From a virus (Duplodnaviria; Caudoviricetes), in IMG/VR virus record IMGVR_UViG_3300048574_000518, positions 1-46,460 of that record: a DNA stretch of 46,460 nucleotides. One strand, given 5' to 3'. The position numbers were made by a program, and so were the translations under genes. Of the stretch, positions 1 through 8,048 are shown one piece after another (position 1 is the stretch's first letter; the number at the start of each line of letters is the position of its first letter). The notes beneath the pieces were generated by a model that saw only the letters and a list, made by a program, of their open reading frames with translations, searched no databases and was not told the origin of the DNA.

Positions 1-1257
1 TCAGTCATTGCGTTTCGGCTGCGTTCCGAGCCGGAAATCGGCCCTCTTGCGCTGCACATTGGCGATCTTTTCCGCCGCTCCGCGACTGTACCGCTGGGTC
101 ATTGCGATGTCGCCGTGGGTTGCCGCCTGACGGACGTGCTCCAGCTCGGCGCCGGCATCAGTGGCCTCGGAAATCGCCCCGGCCCGGCTGTCCATGTTGC
201 GAACGGTTTTCGGGATTCCTGCCTTGGTGGCGAGGTTGCGCCAGATGCGGCGGAACTCCCCACCCTGCCACGGGACGGCGTGCCGCTCGGATATGATGAT
301 CGGGCCAGACGCCGGAAGCCGGTCGCGGGTCAGTTCGGCGGGGGCGCACCCGGCCAGCCGGCAAAGCTCCTCGATCACCATCGGGGCCAACATCAGGTTG
401 ACCTCGATTTCCTTCTGCCGCTTGCTGGTGATGTGACGGAGCACCATCCGCGCGTCGATCTCCTCCCATCGGAGGCCGCGGAACCACTTTTCATTGCCGG
501 CGGTGACGGTCGTGAGGGGGCCGGGCTCATCGAGAGGCACCCACTCGCCGATAACGTCCTTCTGACGAAGGATGCATTCGAACTGGAAGGCTTGCGCCAG
601 GGCCATGGAGTGGCGCCCATGCGCGTGCGCGATCTCCCGGAACGCTGCAGCCTGTTCCGCCGTTAGGCGATCCACGCGCGCCGGAGCCTGCTTGAACCGC
701 ATGTCATGCAAAAGCGCGCGAGCCTCCTTGCAATCCTTGTCCTCAAGTATCGTGGCGCCGAACGTGAGGAGCGTCCGCATCATGCGCACCAGGGCGTGGC
801 CCATGGCGATCTTGCCGCTTGCCGTCCACCCCTCGTGAAGACGCTTGATGCGCCGTCCGTTCATATCCCGGACGGGCTCGGCGCCGATGCTTCTCCACAG
901 ATGGCTGCAAAGCTGTTCGTAGTGCTTCCGGGACTTGTAGCGGACGGCCTTGAACGCCGAATCCGGGTCCGTCATGAAGCAGGCGATCAGGGCGCCCCAA
1001 GTGCCGTCAAAGGTCGTGATGCGCTGGATGCCGCCACGTCCCCAGACGATCATGTCGTCTTGCAGGATGCGGCACTGGTCGGCAATGATTGCCGCCTCGG
1101 CCTCAGTCGGGCTGTCCCCGTACCAGATGCGGAACGACCGGGGCCTGTACCCGCGTCGGACCAAATCTGTTCTGGCCTGCCAGCGCGCCTCCCATCCGTT
1201 CCTGCGGCGCTTCCACGTAAGCCCTGGCGCGTCCGTTATTGTCGGCCTGTCGCTCAT
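1..1257 (-). CDS. int: Tyrosine recombinase (integrase)
   Basis: Catalytic-type motifs LRQKDV (R), MDSRAGA (HxxR variant), ATHGDIAMTQRY (H...Y); start at 1257 or 1263 after GGGGA. Confidence 0.9.
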   Translation of the reverse strand: MSDRPTITDAPGLTWKRRRNGWEARWQARTDLVRRGYRPRSFRIWYGDSPTEAEAAIIADQCRILQDDMIVWGRGGIQRITTFDGTWGALIACFMTDPDSAFKAVRYKSRKHYEQLCSHLWRSIGAEPVRDMNGRRIKRLHEGWTASGKIAMGHALVRMMRTLLTFGATILEDKDCKEARALLHDMRFKQAPARVDRLTAEQAAAFREIAHAHGRHSMALAQAFQFECILRQKDVIGEWVPLDEPGPLTTVTAGNEKWFRGLRWEEIDARMVLRHITSKRQKEIEVNLMLAPMVIEELCRLAGCAPAELTRDRLPASGPIIISERHAVPWQGGEFRRIWRNLATKAGIPKTVRNMDSRAGAISEATDAGAELEHVRQAATHGDIAMTQRYSRGAAEKIANVQRKRADFRLGTQPKRND

Positions 1258-1492
1258 GTCCATTCCCCAGGCGGTTGAGTTTGTCGAAGTATGCCACAAC
1301 TGCCGGCCAATAGCGGCGGTCTCCCCAGGCTTTTTGTTTTTTCGGGAAGCCCGATCGCGGGTCGTGATCGAGCGTCGTTATAGCCGCCCGCGCGATCCTC
1401 TCCGGCGCCCCGATACGGCGGATCAGCTCGGCGTCGGTGACGTAGAGCTTTTCTCTCTCGCGTTCCAATGTCTCAGGTCGGGGCGTACCCAT
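1103..1492 (-). CDS. Excisionase-like DNA-binding protein
   Basis: Directly upstream of int; winged-helix-like segment TDAELIRRIG...GFPKK...RYWPAVVAYFD; reading frame runs into int. Confidence 0.55.
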   Translation of the reverse strand: MGTPRPETLEREREKLYVTDAELIRRIGAPERIARAAITTLDHDPRSGFPKKQKAWGDRRYWPAVVAYFDKLNRLGNGHERQADNNGRARAYVEAPQERMGGALAGQNRFGPTRVQAPVVPHLVRGQPD

Positions 1493-1508
1493 CACAACTA
1501 CCCTAGAG

Positions 1509-1700
1509 TCAATCGCGCTTTCGCGCCTCAATGACAAAGTCGCCGAACTGTCGATCGGTGTACGTCGTGACGATTGCGGCGGCGTCGCCGGGATAGTCTT
1601 CCTGAACCGAGCGACCGACGCCGAACCGGCCTCCGTGCGCGTGGGCCACCAACCACAGGGCGCGCAATCGTTCGTTCGCGATCTTTTCCCAATTTGGCAT
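1509..1700 (-). CDS. Hypothetical protein
   Basis: 63 aa ORF tiling the leftward operon. Confidence 0.6.
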   Translation of the reverse strand: MPNWEKIANERLRALWLVAHAHGGRFGVGRSVQEDYPGDAAAIVTTYTDRQFGDFVIEARKRD

Positions 1701-1727
1701 GGCTTGATTTCCATTACTTCCCCAAAG

Positions 1728-1886
1728 TCAGTTTTGATCCGGCTTGTAGACGTTCACCGTGATATTGACCGGCGCCCACTTCATGAGTTTGCATACCGCA
1801 GCGACGCTGAACGTAAACGCGCTCCCAATGCCGATGACAGCCAAGAGAAGTCGGATGCCCGGCAACCATGCGTCGATGATGTCCAT
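1728..1886 (-). CDS. Small membrane protein (52 aa, not in ORF track)
   Basis: MDIIDAWLPGIRLLLAVIGIGSAFTFSVAAVCKLMKW...; GAGG RBS; one hydrophobic helix. Confidence 0.6.
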   Translation of the reverse strand: MDIIDAWLPGIRLLLAVIGIGSAFTFSVAAVCKLMKWAPVNITVNVYKPDQN

Positions 1887-1923
1887 TTGAATCCTCACTT
1901 CCCAAAGATGTGCGCTGTTTTGG

Positions 1924-2238
1924 TCATGACTGCGCAGAAGTTAAGTCCATCGCAGCATCGTACGCCGCCAGTTGTCTCCGCAACTCTTCCAGACCTGCCT
2001 CAACTGACTCTTTTCCGAGATCTGTTCCAGAAAGCAGAATTTTCCCATCTCGCTCGTGAGTGTCGTAAGCGATGCCGGCGACGCCCCATTTCCCGACGCC
2101 GTACTTCGCGTCAAGGTGCTGACCGAGAATCCCGCGCGACATGGAGTGACAGGCGGATTCCATTTCCATGCTCATCCCACGAGCCAAAAACGACGCACCT
2201 GTTTTACATTGTTGAGCGACGCGATCTTCCCAACTCAC
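1924..2238 (-). CDS. Hypothetical protein
   Basis: GTGA overlap with upstream gene. Confidence 0.6.
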   Translation of the reverse strand: MSWEDRVAQQCKTGASFLARGMSMEMESACHSMSRGILGQHLDAKYGVGKWGVAGIAYDTHERDGKILLSGTDLGKESVEAGLEELRRQLAAYDAAMDLTSAQS

Positions 2239-2591
2239 GGATCCTGACCTTCTGTCTCAATAACGCTGAGCGCGTGAAACGCCTTGCGGCCGAAGTCCTG
2301 TTCTACCGGAGAAGCCCGGTGCGTCCCTGTGCTGACGATAGGTGATGATCGCGTGCTTAAGTAGCTGTCGGCGTCGGCGTAGAACTGCAACGTTTCCCGC
2401 AGACGCTTGTTTTCTGCGGCCTGCTTCGCCGCCTCTGCACCAATGACCAGCCCCTGGCGTATCGCCTCGTCCCGCTCGCGTGTCAGGCGCTCAATCGCGT
2501 CGGCGGCATCACCGCACAGGTTGTCACGTTCAATCAGATCAAGGTCGCTGTCGCGCCCCATTGTTTCTGCAAGCCTGTCAATTCCAGCCAT
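2235..2591 (-). CDS. Coiled-coil phage early protein (Ead/Ea22-like)
   Basis: AADAIERLTRERDEA...ENKRLRETLQFYAD; GAGG RBS. Confidence 0.6.
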   Translation of the reverse strand: MAGIDRLAETMGRDSDLDLIERDNLCGDAADAIERLTRERDEAIRQGLVIGAEAAKQAAENKRLRETLQFYADADSYLSTRSSPIVSTGTHRASPVEQDFGRKAFHALSVIETEGQDP

Positions 2592-2606
2592 TGAAAACCT
2601 CGTTAT

Positions 2607-2789
2607 TCAATCATCAAGCGTGAATTTGGCGGATAGCGCGTCAATCTCATCCGCCATCCAATTGCGCGCTACCATCGACAGATCACCGGCGTTGGATGGT
2701 GTTGTTCGTAGGCCCTTGGAAATATAACCGAATACACGACGGGCCAAATCGCGCTCTCGGTCGTCGAGGTAGATCGGTTTCTTGCTCAT
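2607..2789 (-). CDS. Hypothetical protein
   Basis: MSKKPIYLDD start with GAGG RBS; the upstream extension in the ORF track is probably non-coding. Confidence 0.6.
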   Translation of the reverse strand: MSKKPIYLDDRERDLARRVFGYISKGLRTTPSNAGDLSMVARNWMADEIDALSAKFTLDD

Positions 2790-2811
2790 CTCGATCCTCA
2801 CGAATTTACGA

Positions 2812-2990
2812 GTAGTGCCGTCTCTCCGGCTGTCACGCGATCCCCCGATCTCCGGGGTACGGTCCGGCGCCGCGTTTGCGCTGTGCAGGCTTTTCACTCC
2901 TGCCAGATGTCCAACGGTAATTTCCCGCCTGCCGTTGGCTTTCCTTCTGGGGCCGAATTTGCGCAGTCCGCGGACTGCTAGACCCGGTGC
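2812..2990 (-). ncRNA. Putative structured RNA
   Basis: Intergenic run of at least five stems, including GCAGG-agtgaaaag-CCTGC and GCCG-gagaga-CGGC. Confidence 0.5.
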
Positions 2991-3036
2991 GGGGGAAAAC
3001 TCTGAATTCATTGTTGCTTCCGCAGAAGTGCTGTTT

Positions 3037-3336
3037 TCATCGGTCGACCGGCACAAGCTCGCGCTTGTTCACGTCGTTCAGGATTTTGGTGAAGATGCTG
3101 ATGTCTGTCTTGCGGTCGACGACAGGGCGGAAGCGGTGTTCCCAAAACCCACGCTCGCTGTCTCCCCGGAATATCTCAGCCACAAAGATACATGGCGCAC
3201 CGTCAAGCCAAGATCGCACCCCCACCTTGGACACGGTATATATTTGACCTGCGGTGAGCCCCCCCATGTCGTTTTGAGGAAACCCGTGACTTGCGCGGTC
3301 GTTCACACACACCACTTTCTGTCCAACGTAAAACAT
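3037..3336 (-). CDS. Hypothetical phage protein
   Basis: MFYVGQKVVCVND...GLTAGQIYTV, SH3-like beta pattern. Confidence 0.65.
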   Translation of the reverse strand: MFYVGQKVVCVNDRASHGFPQNDMGGLTAGQIYTVSKVGVRSWLDGAPCIFVAEIFRGDSERGFWEHRFRPVVDRKTDISIFTKILNDVNKRELVPVDR

Positions 3337-3358
3337 CGCACCCGTTCCTATCGTGTGG

Positions 3359-3727
3359 TTAGCTGCGCTCGACAACCGTCCCATCCATTCGTTTCTTCCA
3401 TCGGCTGTCACGAGAGCCGGGGAAACGAGACGGCTTGCGAATGCCAATGTGTCGCTTCCTGATCTTCGCGAGCTTCGCTTGCAGTCTGCGGTCAGCCCGC
3501 GTCTTGTCCTTGTGAGGGGCGACGAGCGCCGGGGCCATATTCGACTCCCGGTGCTCGCCGCCGTTTGCCAGGGCTACAATGTGTTCCAACTCCCATTTCT
3601 CCCCCGGCATAATCTTGCGCCCGCTGATGTGGCAGCGGCCCTCGTGTCGCTCGAATACGCGAAGCCGGATACGCGGTGGCACCTTCGCGTCGTCTGTCTT
3701 GCCACGCCATTCTGGAACGGACCTCAC
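3359..3727 (-). CDS. HNH endonuclease
   Basis: RVFERHEGRCH...LEHIVALANGGEHRESNM. Confidence 0.85.
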   Translation of the reverse strand: MRSVPEWRGKTDDAKVPPRIRLRVFERHEGRCHISGRKIMPGEKWELEHIVALANGGEHRESNMAPALVAPHKDKTRADRRLQAKLAKIRKRHIGIRKPSRFPGSRDSRWKKRMDGTVVERS

Positions 3728-4038
3728 AACTTCATCTCCGCTCGCTTTGTGGCCTCTGCCGACTGCCACTCACTGAACTTCATCCGCAGCCATTCCAGCT
3801 TGACCTTGGCGAGGTTGGCGGCCTCTCTCGCGGCTACGATCTTGGTCACGTGCTCGTACCATTCAGCGGATGCCTTGACGGTCATCTCGGCTTTGCTCAC
3901 CGGCATGGTTCCTAGAGCGGTCATCCGCTGAGAGAGAACAGCCGACTTAGTCTCCTCCAGTAGCGAGGCCGCGCTATCGAGCGAGACCCACGCCTTGGCG
4001 GCCAATCGGTACTGTTCGCTGAGCGGCTGGTTGCTCAT
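3724..4038 (-). CDS. Helical hypothetical protein of recombination cluster
   Basis: ATGA/GTGA-coupled between ssb and HNH. Confidence 0.7.
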   Translation of the reverse strand: MSNQPLSEQYRLAAKAWVSLDSAASLLEETKSAVLSQRMTALGTMPVSKAEMTVKASAEWYEHVTKIVAAREAANLAKVKLEWLRMKFSEWQSAEATKRAEMKL

Positions 4039-4511
4039 CGCCACTCCGGTCCAAATGGGATGTCGTCAGACATTTCGTCCTTCATGGACCGGCGCGGCGC
4101 CTGGGGGGCATTCCCCTTCGGCGGCTTAGCGTCGCCGTATGTCTGCTTCGGCTCATCGCGCTGCGGGTCGCCAAGCAACACAAGCTGCCCGCCGAAGTTC
4201 TGCAACACGACTTCGGTTGAGTACTTTTCGACACCGGCCTGATCGGTCCACTTGCGCGTCTGCAAGGCGCCTTCGATCCAAAGACGAGTGCCCTTCTTGA
4301 CGTATTGCTCAGCGACCTTGCACAGTCCATCGTTGAAGATGACGACGCGGTGAAACTCCGTCTTTTCCTTGCGTTCGCCCGAATTTTTGTCACGCCACGA
4401 ATCCGTTGTAGCCAAGCGGATGGTGGCAACGGAGCGACCGTCATTCGTGCGCCTGATCTCAGCATCCGCACACGCATTTCCGAGTAGAAATACCTTGTTC
4501 ACGCTTGCCAT
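4035..4511 (-). CDS. ssb: Single-stranded DNA-binding protein
   Basis: MASVNKVFLLGN...IEGALQTRKW...DDIPF acidic tail. Confidence 0.95.
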   Translation of the reverse strand: MASVNKVFLLGNACADAEIRRTNDGRSVATIRLATTDSWRDKNSGERKEKTEFHRVVIFNDGLCKVAEQYVKKGTRLWIEGALQTRKWTDQAGVEKYSTEVVLQNFGGQLVLLGDPQRDEPKQTYGDAKPPKGNAPQAPRRSMKDEMSDDIPFGPEWR

Positions 4512-5221
4512 CACGCCGCCTCCTGCTGTTGCTTGAACCCGCGCTTGCGTGCCGCGAAGTGAGAGCGCACAGCGTCTTGTTCGTTCGCGGCGAGCTTCGC
4601 CACGTCGCCGGCAATCGTCGGCCCGTAATTGTCGAGCGCCTTGAGCGTCTGACACAAATCGATCTTCGCCATCATGTCTTTGGCAGCCGTAGACAGCGGG
4701 GGAGGCGGATGTATCTCGGTCTGGTCATCAGCGCTCATGCGCGGCGTCTCTGCGGCTTGGATCGACGCAGCCTGTCCGCTCAACAGCTTCTTGAGGCGCG
4801 CCAGTTCGCTATCCTTGATCTTGAAGGACTTGCCCATAGGCTCGATCTCGACCCATGGAGCGGCGGTGTCGTACAGGTAGCGGCCGATTCCCCAGCGAAC
4901 CGCCGCGCGCTTGAAGGCATCCGAGAGGGCGCCCTTTTCCGCTTCGAAGTCCGTGTCGCCAGCACCGTCGGCCTTCCATACCCACTCATCACCGATCTTG
5001 AGACCGATACGGCAGACCGTCTTTCCGTTCGCGTGCGGGTAATCGCATTGCCATCCGGCGGGGCCGCAGACATCGTCAAGTCGGTCCATGACGTCGCGGG
5101 CATCGATGTACGCGAGCGCCATCCCGCGCTTTTTGTCGCCGGTGGTGCTTCCGACACGCCACGACACGCGATCTGGCGGGAAGGGGGCGCGAAGCCGTTC
5201 GTAAATGTCGCTCACGTTCAC
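4511..5221 (-). CDS. Sak/Rad52-family ssDNA annealing protein
   Basis: LAYIDARDVMDRLDDV...KGALSDAFKRAAVRWGIGRYLY. Confidence 0.9.
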   Translation of the reverse strand: MNVSDIYERLRAPFPPDRVSWRVGSTTGDKKRGMALAYIDARDVMDRLDDVCGPAGWQCDYPHANGKTVCRIGLKIGDEWVWKADGAGDTDFEAEKGALSDAFKRAAVRWGIGRYLYDTAAPWVEIEPMGKSFKIKDSELARLKKLLSGQAASIQAAETPRMSADDQTEIHPPPPLSTAAKDMMAKIDLCQTLKALDNYGPTIAGDVAKLAANEQDAVRSHFAARKRGFKQQQEAA

Positions 5222-5457
5222 TCCGCAGCCTGCATGACTTCGACCGGAAGCCCGTTGATACGTTCTCGTGCCATCCGCACACGCTCAAGAGCCGTCAACA
5301 GCTCTTTCTCGGTATCGTCCAGCACCTCGCACACATACGGGTCGAATGGCGGGCGACCGGTGAGGAGGAGGGACTTTGAGCCGAGGTCGGCCGCGTCCTG
5401 CTTCAACCAGACGCCGCGTGTCTCGATCGCGCGGGCGATGTTGGCGTTCCATGTCAT
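5218..5457 (-). CDS. Hypothetical protein
   Basis: Coupled ORF in leftward operon. Confidence 0.6.
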   Translation of the reverse strand: MTWNANIARAIETRGVWLKQDAADLGSKSLLLTGRPPFDPYVCEVLDDTEKELLTALERVRMARERINGLPVEVMQAAE

Positions 5458-5606
5458 CGTGCGGCCCTCTTGCATTCGGCGCGAAGCTGGCGCGTCTTCA
5501 AGGACACCAGTCGGGCCAGTATGATCGATGCCTCTTTCCGCTTGCGCAGTCTCACCGCCCTGTCGTAGGCGGCCTTTGCCTTGGCGATCTGCTCGACACG
5601 GGTCAT
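5454..5606 (-). CDS. Small basic hypothetical protein
   Basis: MTRVEQIAKAKAAYDRAVRLRKRK; coupled. Confidence 0.6.
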   Translation of the reverse strand: MTRVEQIAKAKAAYDRAVRLRKRKEASIILARLVSLKTRQLRAECKRAAR

Positions 5607-5611
5607 TGGTG

Positions 5612-6208
5612 TTATTCCGCTGCGTCTAGCGGCCAATCAGCCGGCTCATCGTCACCGAGCCGCGCTATGAGCCGATCGAATTGCCATGCTTCTTCGGCGG
5701 TCCAGGCGGCGTCCCAAGCGGCGGCCCTGGCGGCGGCCCTGGCGTCCCAGTCGGCGTCCCAGTCGGCGTCCCAAGCGGCGGCCCTGGCGGCGGCCCTGGC
5801 GGCGGCCCCGGCGGCGGCCCCGGCGGCCCTGGCGGCGTCCCTGGCGGCGTCCCTGGCGGCGGCCCTGGCGGCGTACGAAATTTCCCCCCGCGCGTAAGCC
5901 CGAGCGGCCGTTATTGCGTCACGAACGCGCTTGTCGGCTGGCGCGTGATTTTCGTAGATGTGCAGTACGCGCGCCGCGCAGTCCGCCATCCACAGACGCA
6001 AGCGGCGTTCCACATCCTTATCGGAGCGGGCTACGGCCGATGCGGCCCATATGATGTCGTTGAACGTTGCGCCGGCTTCGCGAGCGGCTGAGGCGTCAAT
6101 CTTGCGCCCATTCCACTTTGTGGCCCCGCCCATCAGCTTTGCGACGCGCTTCAGGCTGCCGCTACAGGGATTGAGGGCCCTGAGTTCGTCGTATGTCAGC
6201 CCGTGCAT
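5612..6208 (-). CDS. Imm5-like domain protein with Ala-rich repeat
   Basis: LRLWMADCAARVLHIYE...DKRVRDAITAARAYARGEI followed by AA(R/G/W)(A/D) repeats; GGAG RBS before ATG 6208. Confidence 0.7.
   Translation of the reverse strand: MHGLTYDELRALNPCSGSLKRVAKLMGGATKWNGRKIDASAAREAGATFNDIIWAASAVARSDKDVERRLRLWMADCAARVLHIYENHAPADKRVRDAITAARAYARGEISYAARAAARDAARDAARAAGAAAGAAARAAARAAAWDADWDADWDARAAARAAAWDAAWTAEEAWQFDRLIARLGDDEPADWPLDAAE
5695..5872 (-). repeat. 12-nt (occasionally 9-nt) tandem repeat, ~15 units
   Basis: Units of GCC GCC NGG GMC on the minus strand. Confidence 0.9.
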
Positions 6209-6213
6209 TGTGG

Positions 6214-6487
6214 TTACTCCGCTGCGTCTGCGATCAGGACATCGCCGGCTCGTGATCATCTCGCCGGCAAGCTCAGCGCGGTAGTCGGCAATTGCCGCGT
6301 TGGCTGCAGTGCCGATGCGCTTGGCAAGTTCCTTGTCGTCGCAGAAGATCGTCACTTCGTTGTCGAGGCTTTCGCCCTTACCGAACACGCGGTTGGGCAT
6401 GACGATCTTGATGCACGCATAGTCGCCGCGATCGATGGCGAAGATGCTTTTCGGGTCGCCGAAAAATTCCATCTTGCAGGACATCAT
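6214..6487 (-). pseudogene. Hypothetical gene, apparently frameshifted into fusion with downstream gene
   Basis: 274 nt (3n+1) from ATG to a natural-looking ...DAAE-TAA end in another frame. Confidence 0.45.
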
Positions 6488-6495
6488 ATCCCTCC

Positions 6496-6807
6496 TCAGC
6501 CATACAGGTCGTACGGCAGCTCAGATGACGGGTCGTCTTCGACGCGCTCGGGCCTAAACCGATCACAATCAAAACCGATCGGCCCAAACAGGCGCACATA
6601 GGCGCGCACTTCGCTGGCGTGCTCGTCCGCAGTCGACAGGCCAGCAGCAAAGCGCTTGTCGGCATCTGCGATGTATTTCCGGAGCGTCGCGTCGTCGTAC
6701 GGCTTGCGCTCTACGCGACCTAGCCGACCTAGCCAGCGCGCATACGATATGAGAGCGCGGTCGTCTGCCGGCGTACGTCCCCACGAGTCTTTGGTGTTGC
6801 TGTCCAT
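6496..6807 (-). CDS. Hypothetical protein
   Basis: MDSNTKDSW... 103 aa, fits the operon. Confidence 0.6.
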   Translation of the reverse strand: MDSNTKDSWGRTPADDRALISYARWLGRLGRVERKPYDDATLRKYIADADKRFAAGLSTADEHASEVRAYVRLFGPIGFDCDRFRPERVEDDPSSELPYDLYG

Positions 6808-6865
6808 GGCGGACTCGTTTGATCTGGCCTCTGTGACACGCACCCGAAGATGCGTGCTGCACAGG

Positions 6866-7015
6866 TCACATCGACATGAACGGGTTGGGCAGCTCGGGCT
6901 CCCACCAGTCGGCGACTGGGGGGGTCGGCGTCGTAGACGCGACGCGGAAATCCTCGTCACGCCAAGCAGGCGCCTGCTTGGCGGGTTTCGACTTGCTGGT
7001 CTTCTTGGTGGACAT
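6866..7015 (-). CDS. Small protein, first gene after PL (49 aa, not in ORF track)
   Basis: MSTKKTSKSKPAKQAPAWRDEDF...WWEPELPNPFMSM; GGGAG RBS. Confidence 0.55.
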   Translation of the reverse strand: MSTKKTSKSKPAKQAPAWRDEDFRVASTTPTPPVADWWEPELPNPFMSM

Positions 7016-7045
7016 CTTCGGCTCCCGTCTTGATTTGACAGGAGT

Positions 7046-7111
7046 GCTGTAACCGATTTGGTCACACAGCGCAATAGGGACATGAAAAAATATTTGGCCG
7101 ATCCGGTCACA
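7046..7111 (-). promoter_or_regulatory. PL-like promoter with two operators
   Basis: TTGCGC-17bp-TACAGC (7074 to 7046); operators GTAACCGATTTGGTCACA 7049-7066 and TTGGCCGATCCGGTCACA 7094-7111. Confidence 0.75.
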
Positions 7112-7161
7112 ACCTGGATATGCCAGTGACCAGATAGACTTATGTTGATTCTTGAGAGGGG

Positions 7162-7479
7162 TTAGCTGGCCTTTCCGACTAGGCGCCGCACGATATCTGC
7201 GGCCATGTCGATAGTGGCGGCATCCTTGCCGCGGAGCAGGGCATCAAGGCTCGGCTTGGTGGGGTACCGCCAAAGGTCCTCGGGCTCGATCCCCAGCGCT
7301 TCGGCATATGCCGTCTGCTTTTCAGGGTTGAGCCGGTTTTGCTCCCGCTCCCATCGGTACACGGATTCCCGCTCGATCCCGATGCGCCCGGCCATCTGAT
7401 CGGGGGAGACGCCGAAGTGCTCCCGCCATTCCTTGAGGTAAAGGTGGCGGACGGCCGTGCGATGAATGCGGGTAACCAT
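7162..7479 (-). CDS. XRE-family HTH repressor (CI-like, no peptidase domain)
   Basis: YLKEWREHFGVSPDQMAGRIGIERESVYRWE; divergent from cro; start could alternatively be GTG 7530. Confidence 0.85.
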   Translation of the reverse strand: MVTRIHRTAVRHLYLKEWREHFGVSPDQMAGRIGIERESVYRWEREQNRLNPEKQTAYAEALGIEPEDLWRYPTKPSLDALLRGKDAATIDMAADIVRRLVGKAS

Positions 7480-7513
7480 CCCGGTAGCATACCGGACGGC
7501 GGTGCCCGGGTCT

Positions 7514-7579
7514 TGAACCGGAGCGGTCACAATAAAGCCTCGCCAGGGGGTTGCGCGCTGTGACCAAATCGGTTACCGT
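7514..7579 (+). promoter_or_regulatory. PR-like promoter with two operators
   Basis: TTGCGC-17bp-TACCGT (7551-7579); operator 7559-7576 is the exact reverse complement of 7049-7066; second operator 7514-7531. Confidence 0.75.
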
Positions 7580-7587
7580 GCCGGATC

Positions 7588-7806
7588 ATGTCAGGAAATC
7601 CGATCCGAGCAGCACGTATTGCGAAGGGTCTCACACAGGGTGAGGTCGCCAAGGAAGCCGGCGTATCGCGGACGACTGTCGCGCGCTGGGAGTCCAACGG
7701 CGCTTGTGCGCGCAAGGTCGATAGGGGCCTCGTTCCGAAGGTGTCGGAGGTGTTGGGCCTGCCGAGAAAGGTCATCCGCGCTGATTGGGCTGAGGTCTTT
7801 GAATGA
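7588..7806 (+). CDS. Cro-like HTH regulator
   Basis: IRAARIAKGLTQGEVAKEAGVSRTTVARWE. Confidence 0.85.
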   Translation: MSGNPIRAARIAKGLTQGEVAKEAGVSRTTVARWESNGACARKVDRGLVPKVSEVLGLPRKVIRADWAEVFE

Positions 7807-8048
7807 CGCCGTCAGCTCGCCAGCCGATGCACTCTTTCCGGCGCAACCATAGGCGAGCCGAACACGGCTGCGATCTGCGCCAGCATCACCGGCCCGTCTT
7901 CCAGGGCCACTTCTCCATGAAGGCGGAAGTGTCTCACGGTGTGTGCACTCTGGTAAGTCGTAACGTAACGACATTACGTATTCGTCCTGTGAATAGCGCG
8001 CTGGACGGCGCGTCCGAGGCTGATCCACGTTTTCACGTTCTCGATAGC

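Noticed and set aside
5695-5872. CRISPR-like array
   Set aside because: Contiguous in-frame 9-12 nt coding repeats with no unique spacers and no cas genes
5218-6225. Recurrent AAE-stop protein endings as a degradation or targeting tag
   Set aside because: More simply explained by GCGGAG/GCGGAA supplying the Shine-Dalgarno of the next coupled gene
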